This document shows positions 19,262 to 29,977 of a DNA stretch of 64,000 nucleotides, piece after piece (position 1 is the first letter of the stretch; the number at the start of each line of letters is the position of its first letter). Made by a program: the position numbers and the translations under genes. The stretch covers positions 1,590 to 65,589 of the forward strand of contig JAILLB010000028.1 of assembly GCA_024693345.1 (NCBI GenBank). Reading direction: 5' to 3'. The notes below the pieces were generated by a model. That model ran no database searches. It saw nothing but the letters and a program-made list of their open reading frames with translations, and had not been told where the DNA came from. The stretch comes from Clostridiales bacterium (lineage in GTDB: Bacteria; Bacillota; Clostridia; Oscillospirales; CAG-272).

Positions 19262-20038
19262 TTATTCAGCTGCTTCTTCAGCTGCTTTTTCTGCCTCAGC
19301 TTCTTCTGCTGTTACAACTTCTTCAGTTTCTGCTTCTTCAGCGGGAGCATTCTGTTCGCCCTGTCTGCCTTCGATGATAGCATCTGCAAGAACAGAAGCA
19401 ATGAGTTTAACGGCACGAATAGCGTCGTCGTTTCCTGGGATTACATAGTCTGCATCATCAGGATCACAGTTTGTATCAACGATAGCGATTACCGGGATAC
19501 CGAGCTTCTTAGCTTCGAGAACTGCGTTGTGTTCCTTGTGAGGGTCAACTATGAAAATAGCCTGAGGGAGACCCGGCATTGTCTTGATACCGCCAAGGTT
19601 GCGTTCAAGGTCTGATTTCTCTTTGAGGAGCTGAGCTACTTCTTTTTTCGGAAGCAGAGCAAATGTTCCGTCTTCTTCCATCTTTTCAAGTGCTTCAAGA
19701 CGTGTAATGCTCTTCTTGATTGTCTGATAGTTTGTAAGCATACCGCCGAGCCAACGAGTATTTACGTAATACATGCCGCAACGTTCTGCTTCTTCTTTGA
19801 CTGCGTCTGAAGCCTGTTTCTTTGTTCCTACAAAGAGAAGGTTTCCGCCGTCTTCTGAGAGTCCTCTGACAAAACTGTAAGCTTCTTCAATTTTGGCAGC
19901 ACTCTTTTCGAGGTTGATGATATAGATTCCGTTTCTTTCGGTGAAGATATATTCCTGCATTTTAGGATTCCATCTTCTTGTGTGGTGTCCGAAATGTACA
20001 CCAGCTTCAAGCAACTGCTTGAGTGATACTACTGACAT
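19262..20038 (-). CDS. rpsB: 30S ribosomal protein S2
   Basis: N-terminus is [27 protein letters not shown], and GGMLTN is present. There is an acidic Glu/Ala-rich C-terminal tail. Confidence 0.95.
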   Translation of the reverse strand: MSVVSLKQLLEAGVHFGHHTRRWNPKMQEYIFTERNGIYIINLEKSAAKIEEAYSFVRGLSEDGGNLLFVGTKKQASDAVKEEAERCGMYYVNTRWLGGMLTNYQTIKKSITRLEALEKMEEDGTFALLPKKEVAQLLKEKSDLERNLGGIKTMPGLPQAIFIVDPHKEHNAVLEAKKLGIPVIAIVDTNCDPDDADYVIPGNDDAIRAVKLIASVLADAIIEGRQGEQNAPAEEAETEEVVTAEEAEAEKAAEEAAE

Positions 20039-20234
20039 AATATCTTTCTCCTTTTAATTTTGGTTTTTTCCTCCACAATTTGTTTTCCTATACCTGCAAA
20101 CTCAATTGAGCACCGGGCAGATATACAGACTGTGTGTGAAGTGACTTCCTTTTCGCGAAAGCCGAGTCATTTTATCATAAATGCACGCAACGTGCAATAT
20201 ATATTTTTATGTTTTCTTTAAAATTTTCGAAAAT

Positions 20235-20822
20235 TCAGCATTTTTCAGCAACAATCTGATACATATTCTCGTCGGAAACAGTAATTGTAACCCTCAGATA
20301 CCTACCGACCAAATCAGACAATTCATCAATTGTCATCAGATCAACAAACAGATTTTTGCTGATGTTGCCATGATGTTCATTGATTTTGTCCCTGCTCATA
20401 CTATGAGCAATAGTCAACCTGCCTCCGCTTTTCAAACATGAAGAAAGGTTATATATCAGTCCATCAGGATTGCCAAAATGAGGGAAAGCATTGTAAACAA
20501 CTATGTTGTCAAACTCTGTATCGAAAGTGTGATTAACCGCATCATCACAAATGAATACGACATTCTTGGATTTGAATTTATTCCCCGCAATTTCAATCAT
20601 TTTTAGAGATATATCTATCGCCGTAACTGATGAAACACCTCTGTCTAAATAATACGGAATCAAAACTCCGGTGCCACACGCCACATCCAGTACTTTTCCA
20701 TTGCTCTTGATACCGGCATTTTTGAGAATCAAATCAATGGTTTTTTCGTTGATTACCATATTGTCATCCCAATGACCGGCAAGTGAATCAAAAAAAGATT
20801 TTACTTCGTTTGTATCTACCAT
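20235..20822 (-). CDS. class I SAM-dependent methyltransferase
   Basis: Motif I is VLDVACGTGVL. Post-I acidic residue in AIDIS. Length is about 195 aa. Confidence 0.8.
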   Translation of the reverse strand: MVDTNEVKSFFDSLAGHWDDNMVINEKTIDLILKNAGIKSNGKVLDVACGTGVLIPYYLDRGVSSVTAIDISLKMIEIAGNKFKSKNVVFICDDAVNHTFDTEFDNIVVYNAFPHFGNPDGLIYNLSSCLKSGGRLTIAHSMSRDKINEHHGNISKNLFVDLMTIDELSDLVGRYLRVTITVSDENMYQIVAEKC

Positions 20823-20835
20823 AATAATCTCCGTG

Positions 20836-20862
20836 AAAACAAAAAGGAGGCATCCGCCTCCT
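20836..20862 (-). terminator. intrinsic terminator after the pilin-like gene
   Basis: On the minus strand, GGAGGC-GGAT-GCCTCC is followed by TTTTT. Confidence 0.6.
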
Positions 20863-20882
20863 CGTATTTTTGTTATGAATTA

Positions 20883-21482
20883 TTATCCCTGAGCTGAGCC
20901 ATTGATAGCATCAATGATGTCCTGTTCAAGCTGTTCAAGCTGCTGAGAAAGCTGGTTTATATCGTCTGTGGTAGCAAGATTTGATGTGAATCTTATTACG
21001 TATGTCTTGACAATATCTTCAACTTCTTTAGCTGTCAATGTAGGCTGAGAAGAGCCTTCGTGCTCTTTGAGAGCATCTTCAACTGCTTCCTTTATATCAG
21101 TTCTGGTAAGGGTTGTCTGTGATGAAATTGATTTTGTAACAGCTTCGTTTACAACAGATGTGAGTTGAGCAACCAGTGCATCAGTGTCGATTGTAACGTT
21201 GGTTGTTGTGCCGCCTACTGACTGCTTAACTGCTTCGGCAACAGCTGCTGCAATTGCATCAGTATCTACAGTTGCTGTGGTCTTTGTGTTCTTGATTACA
21301 TCAATAAGGTCTTCATTAGACTTAATCATTGCTTCGCAAGCAGCTTGCTGCTTTGCACTTGCTTCTTTAGCTGATCTAACAACAGATACAAATGTGCCTA
21401 TCATGACACCTGCAAGTATGGCAATAACAATTACAACGATTATCAGATGAAGAAGAGTGAATCCGCTTTTCTTACCTTCCAT
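20883..21482 (-). CDS. protein with a prepilin-type N-terminal leader/TM segment and an alpha-helical repeat C-terminus
   Basis: MEGKKSG-FTLLHLIIVVIVIAILAG matches the class III signal (G/FTLxE) except for His at +5. The C-terminal part carries about 4 degenerate repeats (T.DTDA...A..EAVK.S). Confidence 0.65.
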   Translation of the reverse strand: MEGKKSGFTLLHLIIVVIVIAILAGVMIGTFVSVVRSAKEASAKQQAACEAMIKSNEDLIDVIKNTKTTATVDTDAIAAAVAEAVKQSVGGTTTNVTIDTDALVAQLTSVVNEAVTKSISSQTTLTRTDIKEAVEDALKEHEGSSQPTLTAKEVEDIVKTYVIRFTSNLATTDDINQLSQQLEQLEQDIIDAINGSAQG

Positions 21483-21619
21483 AGTAACCCTCCAGAATAT
21501 ATGTCAAATAAATTTTGCAAATTAGTCGGTGGCATAGTACACCCTATACCATTACAAGATAATTATAAAGCAATATTAAGGCCATAATGCTACATTTTGT
21601 ATCATTTTGACTCTTTTTT

Positions 21620-22567
21620 CTAATAATCAGGTACCATCCTATCTAATTCGCAACACTCTTCTTTTCCGTACAATAACCTGATTACACTTACCATCGAATC
21701 GAGCTCATATGTGTAAGTGGCGACTGAACCATCTTCAAACGTCAATGTGAGTTGTCCGGAATAGCCCGTCCATGTGCCTCTCTTCATTTCGTCTTTAATT
21801 CTTGCTTCAAATCTGAATCCATTGAAATACCCGAGAGATAAATATGTTATCTCCTGATTTTTCATGGTAGCCCAGTCACCCTTAAGTCTCGCGTCGTGTG
21901 ACTTGCTCTCAGACGGATAGTTTGTAAGTTTCAATGTCAATGTGTAGTCAAAGTCATCTTCTCTTCCCGCAAAATATGAGAGTCCGTCACTGCTTTCGCA
22001 GTACAGTGTCATGCTCTCGCCCGTGTCATCAAAACCCGGCACATAAACACAACTGCTCACGGTGCCCGTCGCAATTGAATAAAAAGTGCAAAGAAGCTTT
22101 CCGTCATCTGTAATTTTGTATGTTCCGCACTTTGAATACTCATGGCCAAACTGATTCTTACTTCCGCCTGTAATTATTCCGTTGTTAAAGCGGAAATTCA
22201 TTGACGAGTACCGGATATTCTTGTCCGCTGATTCGATTGCCCAGAGATTCTGAACATTTGCTTCAATTTCCGCAACATTTATCTTTTCGGATTCCGTTGT
22301 TGATTCCTGCGGTGAAGTCGTAGTTTCTTCTGCAGTTGTTTCGCTTTCTGAAGTCTCTGTTGTAGCCGCAGTCGTTTCTTCAGGAAACTCAATGGTTTCT
22401 GTTACGGAAGTTTCACTTGTTCCTGCAGTTGTCTCCGTTGTTACATCTGCTTTTGTTGTATCGGCTGTTTTTCCCTTGTTTGCGCACGAAACAAGAGCGA
22501 TTGTCAACAGCAATGCTATCAGGACAATTACTATTCTTTTCAAATTCTTTTCCTCCCATGTAATCAT
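21620..22567 (-). CDS. lipoprotein with a Thr/Glu-rich linker; unknown function
   Basis: Signal peptide with lipobox LVSCAN. A roughly 70-aa T/E/S-rich linker precedes a beta-rich C-terminal domain. Confidence 0.75.
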   Translation of the reverse strand: MITWEEKNLKRIVIVLIALLLTIALVSCANKGKTADTTKADVTTETTAGTSETSVTETIEFPEETTAATTETSESETTAEETTTSPQESTTESEKINVAEIEANVQNLWAIESADKNIRYSSMNFRFNNGIITGGSKNQFGHEYSKCGTYKITDDGKLLCTFYSIATGTVSSCVYVPGFDDTGESMTLYCESSDGLSYFAGREDDFDYTLTLKLTNYPSESKSHDARLKGDWATMKNQEITYLSLGYFNGFRFEARIKDEMKRGTWTGYSGQLTLTFEDGSVATYTYELDSMVSVIRLLYGKEECCELDRMVPDY

Positions 22568-22767
22568 CGCTCAACCATTAGACGGCATTATGCATCGAAA
22601 ATCTTAATTCTCGCATTTACTCTATCATTATATTATCCTTTTCATTGAAAGTATACACTTTGGCGTGCATTTTGCGATTTTTCTATTGTAAAACAATTGC
22701 ATTTGAGATAAAATATCTCCGTATGGAAATAAAATTCCTATAAAAAAATTTCGGAGGTTTTTTTATT

Positions 22768-23838
22768 ATGGCAGTAAGAGTTGCTATAAATGGATTTGGC
22801 AGAATCGGTAGACTTGCATTCCGCCAGATGTTCAATGCAGAGGGTTATGAAATCGTTGCTATCAACGACCTGACAAGCCCAAAGATGCTCGCTCATCTTC
22901 TTAAATATGATACCGCTCAGGGCGGATACATGGGAAGAATCGGCGAAGGTCTTCACACAGTTGATTCAAAGGAACCCGTTTTCGAAGAAGACGGAAAGAC
23001 CGTAAAGGTTCCCGGCTCCATCACAGTTGATGGCAAGGAAATCACAATCTACGCTATGCCCAAGGCACAAGATCTTCCCTGGGGCGCACTTGATGTAGAC
23101 GTAGTTCTCGAATGCACAGGTTTCTATACTTCAAAAGCTAAATCACAGGCTCACATAGATGCAGGTGCCAAGAAAGTTGTTATCTCTGCTCCGGCAGGAA
23201 ACGATCTTCCTACAATCGTTTACAGCGTAAACGAAAAGACACTCACAAAAGATGACACAATCATCTCAGCTGCTTCATGTACAACAAACTGCCTCGCTCC
23301 TATGGCAAAGGCTCTCAATGATTACGCTCCTATCCAGAGTGGTATCATGAGCACCATCCATGCTTACACAGGCGACCAGATGATTCTTGACGGACCTCAT
23401 CGTAAAGGTGACCTCAGAAGAGCACGTGCAGGCGCTGCCAACATCGTTCCTAACTCAACAGGCGCTGCTAAGGCAATCGGCCTTGTTATTCCGGAACTCA
23501 ACGGCAAGCTCATCGGTTCAGCTCAGCGTGTCCCTGTAACAACAGGTTCTACAACAATCCTCACAGCAGTAGTTAAGAAGGCTGACGTTACAGTTGAAGG
23601 CATCAATGCTGCTATGAAGGCTGCTTCCAATGAATCTTACGGATACAATGAAGATCAGATCGTTTCTTCTGACGTTATCGGCATGAGATATGGCTCACTG
23701 TTTGATGCAACTCAGACAATGGTCAGCAAGATTGCTGATGATCTCTTTGAAGTACAGGTTGTTTCCTGGTACGACAACGAGAACAGCTATACAAGCCAGA
23801 TGGTCAGAACAATCAAGTATTTCGCTGAACTCAAATAA
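22768..23838 (+). CDS. gap: type I glyceraldehyde-3-phosphate dehydrogenase
   Basis: INGFGRIGR is the NAD-binding motif. SCTTNCLAP is the active site. WYDNE is present near the C-terminus. A roughly 20-aa insertion follows the KYDT motif. Confidence 0.95.
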   Translation: MAVRVAINGFGRIGRLAFRQMFNAEGYEIVAINDLTSPKMLAHLLKYDTAQGGYMGRIGEGLHTVDSKEPVFEEDGKTVKVPGSITVDGKEITIYAMPKAQDLPWGALDVDVVLECTGFYTSKAKSQAHIDAGAKKVVISAPAGNDLPTIVYSVNEKTLTKDDTIISAASCTTNCLAPMAKALNDYAPIQSGIMSTIHAYTGDQMILDGPHRKGDLRRARAGAANIVPNSTGAAKAIGLVIPELNGKLIGSAQRVPVTTGSTTILTAVVKKADVTVEGINAAMKAASNESYGYNEDQIVSSDVIGMRYGSLFDATQTMVSKIADDLFEVQVVSWYDNENSYTSQMVRTIKYFAELK

Positions 23839-23856
23839 GAATTAATTTGAAACAGA

Positions 23857-23888
23857 ATATGGCAGGCTTATGTCTGCCATATTTTTTG
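23857..23888 (+). terminator. intrinsic terminator after gap
   Basis: Stem ATATGGCAG / CTGCCATAT is followed by TTTTT. Confidence 0.75.
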
Positions 23889-23896
23889 GAGTTGCC

Positions 23897-25999
23897 ATGA
23901 AAGAATACACATTCAGAAAAGCATGCCCTATCTGGGCAAAAAACAGAGAGAAAGAAATAAACCTCTGGCTGGATTTTTCGGTCAAGGTGCCAAAGAGCGA
24001 TGATTGCGTTTTGTGCCTGACTTCCAACAGCTATTATTCCCTTCGCGTCAACGGCGAATTCTTCTGTTTCGGACCCGCAAGGGCAGCAAAAGGATTCTAC
24101 AGAGTAGATGAACTGGATCTGTCAAAAGTATTGACCGAAGAAAAAAATGATATAACCATTCGTGTCGCCGGCTACTATTTCCCTTCTTTCTACACTTTCG
24201 AGGAGGATTCATTCCTGTGTGCGGAAGTTATTGATCACGGAAAAGTGTTGTTTGCGACAGGAACCAACGGATTTGACTGCTCTCTCGTTCCGGAACATGA
24301 ACAGGAAGTTCAGAAGTTCAGTTATCAGAGAACTTTTGTCGAGATTTACAATATAGGAGAACCCTCGCTCCCAAAGCCTGAAATGGCTGTGTATCCGGAC
24401 AAAAAATACATTTGTAGAGATTCGTTGTACAACACGTTTTTCCCCGTTCCTGCCGATAGAATTTATGCAAGGGGCAGATTCCACATGGGTGATCACAAAG
24501 ACGAGTTCAGGTATCCGTACTACATCAACAAACCTGAATACAAAACATACTTCAAAGTGCCTAAGACGGACCTGGCTCTTCTTTCAAGAAACATTGATCA
24601 GGATTCCCTTGAAGAGTTCTCTTCAAAACTTGAAGGAACGGTAGTGAATGAAGGAGAATACTACTCTTTCAAGATGCCTTACAATGTGACCGGCATGATA
24701 TCCGTTACCTTTGAATGTGATGGTGATTGTGAGCTGCTCATCAGACACGATGAAATTCTCAGAGACGGACCGGACAAGAATATTAACTGGCGTGTAACCA
24801 CGACACTGAAAAACAATCTGATCAGAGTTAAAGGCAAAGGAACTCACAGGGTTGAGACATTCGAGCCATACACAATGAAATATGTGGAGATTTATTCTCT
24901 TAAAGGCACATTTACAGTCAAGGATTTTCATATTATCTTTTTCGGAGCAGATGAGCCGAAAGTCAGATACAACGGAGACGACGAAAAGATTCGGAAAATT
25001 TTCGATGCCGCTGTCATGACATACAGAGAAAACACCTTCACTGTATATATGGACTGCCCAGAGAGAGAAAGAGCCGGCTGGCTCTGCGACAGTTTCTTCA
25101 CATCAAGAGTTGAAAAGGTCCTCTACGGAAACAGTGAAATAGAGCACGTATTCCTTGAAAACTTCGTTTTACCGGAAAAATTCGATGACATCCCCGACGG
25201 AATGATTCCCATGATATATCCGGGTGAGTCTTTTTCCAAGACATACATCAACACATGGGCAATGTGGTATGTTATAGAGCTCAAGGAATACCTTGACAGA
25301 ACCGGAGACCGAGATCTTGTCGAAAAAGCAAAATCCAAAGTATACGGTCTGAAAAAGTGGATAGAACAATATCTGAATGAATCAGGTCTCATCGAGAAAA
25401 TTGACGGATGGACATTTGTTGAGTGGTCTCATGCAAACGACCTGACAATGGATGTCAACTATCCTGTCAACATGGTCTTCTCGGGCATGCTCGATGCAAT
25501 GGCCTATATGTACAATGACGACAGCTGCAGAAAACAGAGCGAAGATATAAAGAAAGCCATTAATGAACAGGCACTTGTTGGAGATTTTTACTGCGACAAT
25601 GCAGTGAGAGACGAAAACGGGGTATTGAAACTCTCAGGAGAGATCACTGAAGCCTGCCAGTATTATGCGTTCTTCTTTAATGTCGCCACAAAAGAAAAGA
25701 ATTCAAAACTGTGGGATATACTTCTAAAAGATTTCGGTCCCGACAGACAGGAAAAAGGTCTCTGGAAGGAAGTATGGCCCGCAAATGCATTCATAGGCAA
25801 CTATCTCAGACTGGATGTTCTCTTCAGAGAAAAATGTCACAAAGAACTGCTGGAGAACATAAAAGGATACTTCTACGGAATGGCAGAATCGACTGGAACT
25901 CTCTGGGAATATATGGCTCCTCAGGCAAGCTGCTGTCACGGCTTTGCATCTCATGTTCTGTACTGGCTTGACGGTATGGGACTGCTTGAGAATATTTGA
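23897..25999 (+). CDS. GH78-related six-hairpin glycosidase (alpha-L-rhamnosidase-like)
   Basis: The ATG at 23897 (MKEYTF) lies after the gap terminator. Motif MDCPERERAGWLCDSFF parallels the GH78 DCPQRDE+LGWTGD motif. At about 700 aa the architecture is similar to the gene at 50157. Confidence 0.65.
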   Translation: MKEYTFRKACPIWAKNREKEINLWLDFSVKVPKSDDCVLCLTSNSYYSLRVNGEFFCFGPARAAKGFYRVDELDLSKVLTEEKNDITIRVAGYYFPSFYTFEEDSFLCAEVIDHGKVLFATGTNGFDCSLVPEHEQEVQKFSYQRTFVEIYNIGEPSLPKPEMAVYPDKKYICRDSLYNTFFPVPADRIYARGRFHMGDHKDEFRYPYYINKPEYKTYFKVPKTDLALLSRNIDQDSLEEFSSKLEGTVVNEGEYYSFKMPYNVTGMISVTFECDGDCELLIRHDEILRDGPDKNINWRVTTTLKNNLIRVKGKGTHRVETFEPYTMKYVEIYSLKGTFTVKDFHIIFFGADEPKVRYNGDDEKIRKIFDAAVMTYRENTFTVYMDCPERERAGWLCDSFFTSRVEKVLYGNSEIEHVFLENFVLPEKFDDIPDGMIPMIYPGESFSKTYINTWAMWYVIELKEYLDRTGDRDLVEKAKSKVYGLKKWIEQYLNESGLIEKIDGWTFVEWSHANDLTMDVNYPVNMVFSGMLDAMAYMYNDDSCRKQSEDIKKAINEQALVGDFYCDNAVRDENGVLKLSGEITEACQYYAFFFNVATKEKNSKLWDILLKDFGPDRQEKGLWKEVWPANAFIGNYLRLDVLFREKCHKELLENIKGYFYGMAESTGTLWEYMAPQASCCHGFASHVLYWLDGMGLLENI

Positions 26000-26140
26000 G
26001 TTTTATGCATATGTAATTGACACAAGAGTCGCAAGTGTTCAGTAAATACTTCTCACTTGCGATTTTTATGCATTTCTGTTGAATATTGTGTATAAAAAGT
26101 GGTATAATAGAAAACACAAAAATTAATCACGAGGAAACGT

Positions 26141-26914
26141 ATGCGAGCTGATGTTTTTCTATACAAAAACGGGATAGCAAAAAGCAGAACTTCTGCTCAG
26201 TCTCTCATATCTTCCGGGGTGTCATACAAAGGCGTTGTAATAGACAAACCATCATTTGAAATTCCCGAAGATGCCCTTCCGTGTGATATCTCAGTCAGTG
26301 AACCGGAAAAGTATGTGGGCAGGGGCGGATACAAACTTGAAAAAGCATTTGAAGAATTCGGTTTGGACGTAAAGGAAATCACAGCAGTGGATCTGGGTGC
26401 ATCGACCGGTGGTTTTACAGACTGCCTGCTGCAGAACGGCGCCAAAAAAGTCTATTCCGTAGATGTCGGTCACGGACAGCTGAGTCCTTCTCTGTTGAAA
26501 GACAAACGAGTTGTCTGCATGGAAGGAACAGATGCAAGGACAATCACCAAAGAGATGTTCAGTGAAAAGATATATTTCATCTGCTCTGACCTTTCGTTTA
26601 TTTCCCAGTCGAAAGTCTTCCCTGTAGTCTCGGGCCTGCTTGAAGACGGCGGAGTTTTTGTCAGCCTCATAAAGCCTCAGTTTGAAATAGGCAGAGTTCA
26701 CACAAAAAACGGAATAGTCAAAGACAAAAACAAACATATCCAGGTGGCTCTGCAATTAATAGAAGAAGCCGAAATGAGTGAGCTCTATGCTGAACAGTTC
26801 ACAAAGTCACCAATAAAAGGCGGTGACGGTAATACGGAATACCTCGTTTTGTTCCGCAAAAATGGAAATCGCAATATATCTAAGGAATATATTAAAAATA
26901 TAGTAGGAAAGTAA
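26141..26914 (+). CDS. tlyA: TlyA family rRNA (cytidine-2'-O)-methyltransferase
   Basis: S4-like N-terminus is MRADVFLYKNGIAKSRTSAQSLI. FtsJ motif is VDLGASTGGFTDCLLQNGAKKVYSVDVG. The tlyA-nadK-argR-recN order is conserved. Confidence 0.9.
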   Translation: MRADVFLYKNGIAKSRTSAQSLISSGVSYKGVVIDKPSFEIPEDALPCDISVSEPEKYVGRGGYKLEKAFEEFGLDVKEITAVDLGASTGGFTDCLLQNGAKKVYSVDVGHGQLSPSLLKDKRVVCMEGTDARTITKEMFSEKIYFICSDLSFISQSKVFPVVSGLLEDGGVFVSLIKPQFEIGRVHTKNGIVKDKNKHIQVALQLIEEAEMSELYAEQFTKSPIKGGDGNTEYLVLFRKNGNRNISKEYIKNIVGK

Positions 26915-26925
26915 GGTGAGTTACA

Positions 26926-27801
26926 ATGGACGAGAATATCAAAAGCGTTGCTGTCTTTCCAAATCCCGACAGGGATCCGGATTTCTCATATACCAAGGAA
27001 ACCGTGCGGATTCTCAACAGCGCAGGAATCAAAGTCAATGCCGACAGAAGGTACCACTACTCAATCGGCGAAAAACCGGGCTCAATTGAGTATTTCACAT
27101 ATATAGAAGATATGCTGAATGCTTCGGATTTCATCGTGGTACTCGGAGGAGACGGCACTATACTGGAAATATGTGAAAGAGCCGCTCTTCACGAACTCCC
27201 GATTGTAGGAATCAATCTCGGACATCTCGGCTTCCTCGCTACCATCGAAAAAGACAATTTGGATGAACTGTCCAAACTTGCCTCAGATGAGTATCAGATT
27301 GACGAGAGAATGATGATGGAAATCCAGATCAGGGACGGAAGCATCACAAGAGAGCTTTGTGCACTGAACGATATAGTTGTTTCGAGCTGCATCAGTTCGA
27401 AAATAGCAAACTTCAATCTGTGCTGCGACGGAAATACAGCAATTGAACTTAAGGCAGATGGTTTGATTATTGCCACACCGACAGGTTCAACCGCATATTC
27501 TCTTTCGGCCGGAGGTCCCGTAATAGACACATCGACAGAAACATTCTGCGTAACTCCGATTTGCCCTCATTCGTTCTCTTCAAGACCGATTGTATTCTCA
27601 GGCAATTCCTCGTTGACGATTCAGGGATCAACCCAGTCAAAAGAAACAGATATCTGCGTATGCGCAGACGGAAAAGAATTATTCAAAGTGTCCGAAAATG
27701 CTATTGTTGAAGTTATTAAGAGCGATTTGAAAACTCGTCTCGTAAGAATCGGAAGCAATCGTTTTTACGACATATTAAGCACAAAAATGTTTGGAAGATA
27801 A
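26926..27801 (+). CDS. nadK: NAD(+) kinase
   Basis: Motifs are GGDGTIL, NLGHLGFL and ATPTGSTAYSLSAGGP. Confidence 0.93.
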   Translation: MDENIKSVAVFPNPDRDPDFSYTKETVRILNSAGIKVNADRRYHYSIGEKPGSIEYFTYIEDMLNASDFIVVLGGDGTILEICERAALHELPIVGINLGHLGFLATIEKDNLDELSKLASDEYQIDERMMMEIQIRDGSITRELCALNDIVVSSCISSKIANFNLCCDGNTAIELKADGLIIATPTGSTAYSLSAGGPVIDTSTETFCVTPICPHSFSSRPIVFSGNSSLTIQGSTQSKETDICVCADGKELFKVSENAIVEVIKSDLKTRLVRIGSNRFYDILSTKMFGR

Positions 27802-27823
27802 AATTGGAAAAGGTTATTAGGTC

Positions 27824-28279
27824 ATGAAAAATACTAGGCACGCAAAAATATTGGAAATAATTAAAAATGAAGACATTGACACACAGGAATTATTAGCAGA
27901 AAGACTCAGAGAAGCAGGCTTTGATGTTACACAGGCAACTGTATCGAGAGACATCAACCAGCTCGGTCTTTTGAAAAAGCCCGGCGGAATTAATCACTAT
28001 AAATATGTTGCTCCGGAATCAAAAGAAACAATATTTGAATCAAAGTTCAACAACATTCTGAGAGAAACAGTTACAAATGCAGAAGCTGCAGGTAATATTA
28101 TAGTCATCAAAACATACCCGGGAATGGCAAATGCGGCAGCTGCAGCAATCGACCATGTTGCAAAAAACAGAATCGTAGGCAGCATTGCAGGCGACGACAA
28201 TATTTTTGTAGTCACAAGAACTGTTGAGGAAGCTGAACTCTTTACAGATCAGATTAACGAATCAATATACGGTTATTAA
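27824..28279 (+). CDS. argR: arginine repressor
   Basis: Winged-helix N-terminus contains QATVSRDINQLGL. The C-terminal oligomerisation domain contains GTIAGDD-like SIAGDDNIFVV. Confidence 0.92.
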   Translation: MKNTRHAKILEIIKNEDIDTQELLAERLREAGFDVTQATVSRDINQLGLLKKPGGINHYKYVAPESKETIFESKFNNILRETVTNAEAAGNIIVIKTYPGMANAAAAAIDHVAKNRIVGSIAGDDNIFVVTRTVEEAELFTDQINESIYGY

Positions 28280-28297
28280 TTACAGGGGACAAAGACT

Positions 28298-29962
28298 ATG
28301 TTATCTGAATTACAGATTAACAATATAGCCATAATCAAGGAGCAAACTTTAAAATTTGCTCCTGGTTTTAATGTCCTCACGGGTGAAACAGGCGCCGGAA
28401 AGTCAATAATCATTGGCTCGGTCGGACTCATCACAGGCACTAGGGCTTCCAAAGAAAGTCTTAGATCCGGAGAGAAAAAAGCTGTAGTCACCGCACTTTT
28501 CACAGATATAAGCGATTATACTCAAAAGCAGCTGTCGGAATTCGGCATTTATTGCGAGAACAATGAATTATCTGTTTCAAGAGAAATAAATGAAACGGGA
28601 AACGGTGTCGCAAGAATCAACGGAAAATCCATTCCGGTATCACAATTAAAAGACATCACTCCCCTTCTAATAAACATCCATGGACAGCATGCAAGTCAGG
28701 CTCTGTTGGATGAAGAAAATCACATAAAATATCTTGATGAATTTTCCGGTGTCGAAAAAGAGATGGCGGACTATTCGGTTCTTTATTCAAAAGCATCCGA
28801 GATAAAATCTCAGATATCCGAGTTGACTAAAGACACCCGCGAAAAGAACAGAAGAATCGAAATGCTGAAGTTCCAGATAAATGAGATTAAGGATGCATCT
28901 CTCAAATCAGGAGAGGAAGAAGAACTTGACAGATTGAAAATCAAGGCAGAAAATGCTGAGAAACTGTCTAAATACGCAAAGTTCATTTACAAGGCTCTGT
29001 ATCAGAATGAAAAAGGCAATTCAGCGTCAGATCTGGCAACAAAGGCGACTGAAGCTCTTACAGCGCTGGGTGATGTTTTACCCAAATCCGGCGAGTATTC
29101 AGAGTATCTGACCAATTTCACATACATGTGTGAAGACATAGCTGAAACGGTTATGAAAGAATGCGGAACAGATATTCAGAATCCCGAGAAACTGCTTGAT
29201 CAGATTGAATCCAGACTTGACCTCATTAGAACTCTAAAAAGAAAATACGGAAACACAGTTGAAGAGATAATTGAGTTCAAAACAAATGCAGAAAAAGAAC
29301 TGGAAACACTGGAGACGGCAGACGACAGAATAATCGATTTGAAAAATGAACTTGAAGTCATTTCAAAAGAGATGTCTTCTCTGTGCTCTGTCATTTCAAA
29401 GAAAAGAAGAGCTGCCGGAGATGAACTGGAAAAGCGCATGACGGAAGAACTCATATTCCTGGAAATGAACAAAGTCCGGTTTTCGGTTGACATGGAAAAA
29501 TCCGATGTTTACAGACCCGACGGAACTGATGTTGTCCGGTTCCTGATTTCAGCAAACGCTGGTGAACCCCTTGCTCCCCTTGCAAAGATTGCATCCGGAG
29601 GCGAACTATCCAGAACGATGCTTGCTCTCAAGAGTGCACTGTCAGACAAAGAAAAAACACCGACCCTCATATTCGACGAAATAGATACTGGAATTTCCGG
29701 AAAAACGTCGTACAAGCTCGGTGTAAAATTGAAATCTTGTTCAAAAACCGCACAGGTCATCTGTGTTACCCATTCTCCTCAGATTGCAGCTCAAGCAGAT
29801 CTTCATATGCTTGTTTCTAAGCACGAAGAAGGAGGAAGAACACTTACTTCTGTTTCGGAACTGGACAAAAAAGGAAGAGTTCAAGAGATAGCAAGAATAA
29901 TAGGCGGTGAAACAATTACAGACAAAACCATAAAGGCCGCCGAAGAAATGATTTCAAACTAA
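28298..29962 (+). CDS. recN: DNA repair protein RecN
   Basis: Walker A is LTGETGAGKS. There is a long coiled coil. The SMC signature ASGGELSR and Walker B LIFDEID are both present. Confidence 0.95.
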   Translation: MLSELQINNIAIIKEQTLKFAPGFNVLTGETGAGKSIIIGSVGLITGTRASKESLRSGEKKAVVTALFTDISDYTQKQLSEFGIYCENNELSVSREINETGNGVARINGKSIPVSQLKDITPLLINIHGQHASQALLDEENHIKYLDEFSGVEKEMADYSVLYSKASEIKSQISELTKDTREKNRRIEMLKFQINEIKDASLKSGEEEELDRLKIKAENAEKLSKYAKFIYKALYQNEKGNSASDLATKATEALTALGDVLPKSGEYSEYLTNFTYMCEDIAETVMKECGTDIQNPEKLLDQIESRLDLIRTLKRKYGNTVEEIIEFKTNAEKELETLETADDRIIDLKNELEVISKEMSSLCSVISKKRRAAGDELEKRMTEELIFLEMNKVRFSVDMEKSDVYRPDGTDVVRFLISANAGEPLAPLAKIASGGELSRTMLALKSALSDKEKTPTLIFDEIDTGISGKTSYKLGVKLKSCSKTAQVICVTHSPQIAAQADLHMLVSKHEEGGRTLTSVSELDKKGRVQEIARIIGGETITDKTIKAAEEMISN

Positions 29963-29977
29963 AAGCAAAGCAAAAGG

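Noticed and set aside
19262-19360. The acidic Glu/Ala-rich C-terminal tail of ribosomal protein S2 as something unusual.
   Set aside because: Short acidic C-terminal extensions of S2 are common in Gram-positive bacteria, so this is not noteworthy.
20039-20234. A structured leader or autoregulatory element upstream of rpsB-tsf.
   Set aside because: The region is long enough at about 195 nt, but I could not derive a convincing conserved fold or pseudoknot from sequence alone.
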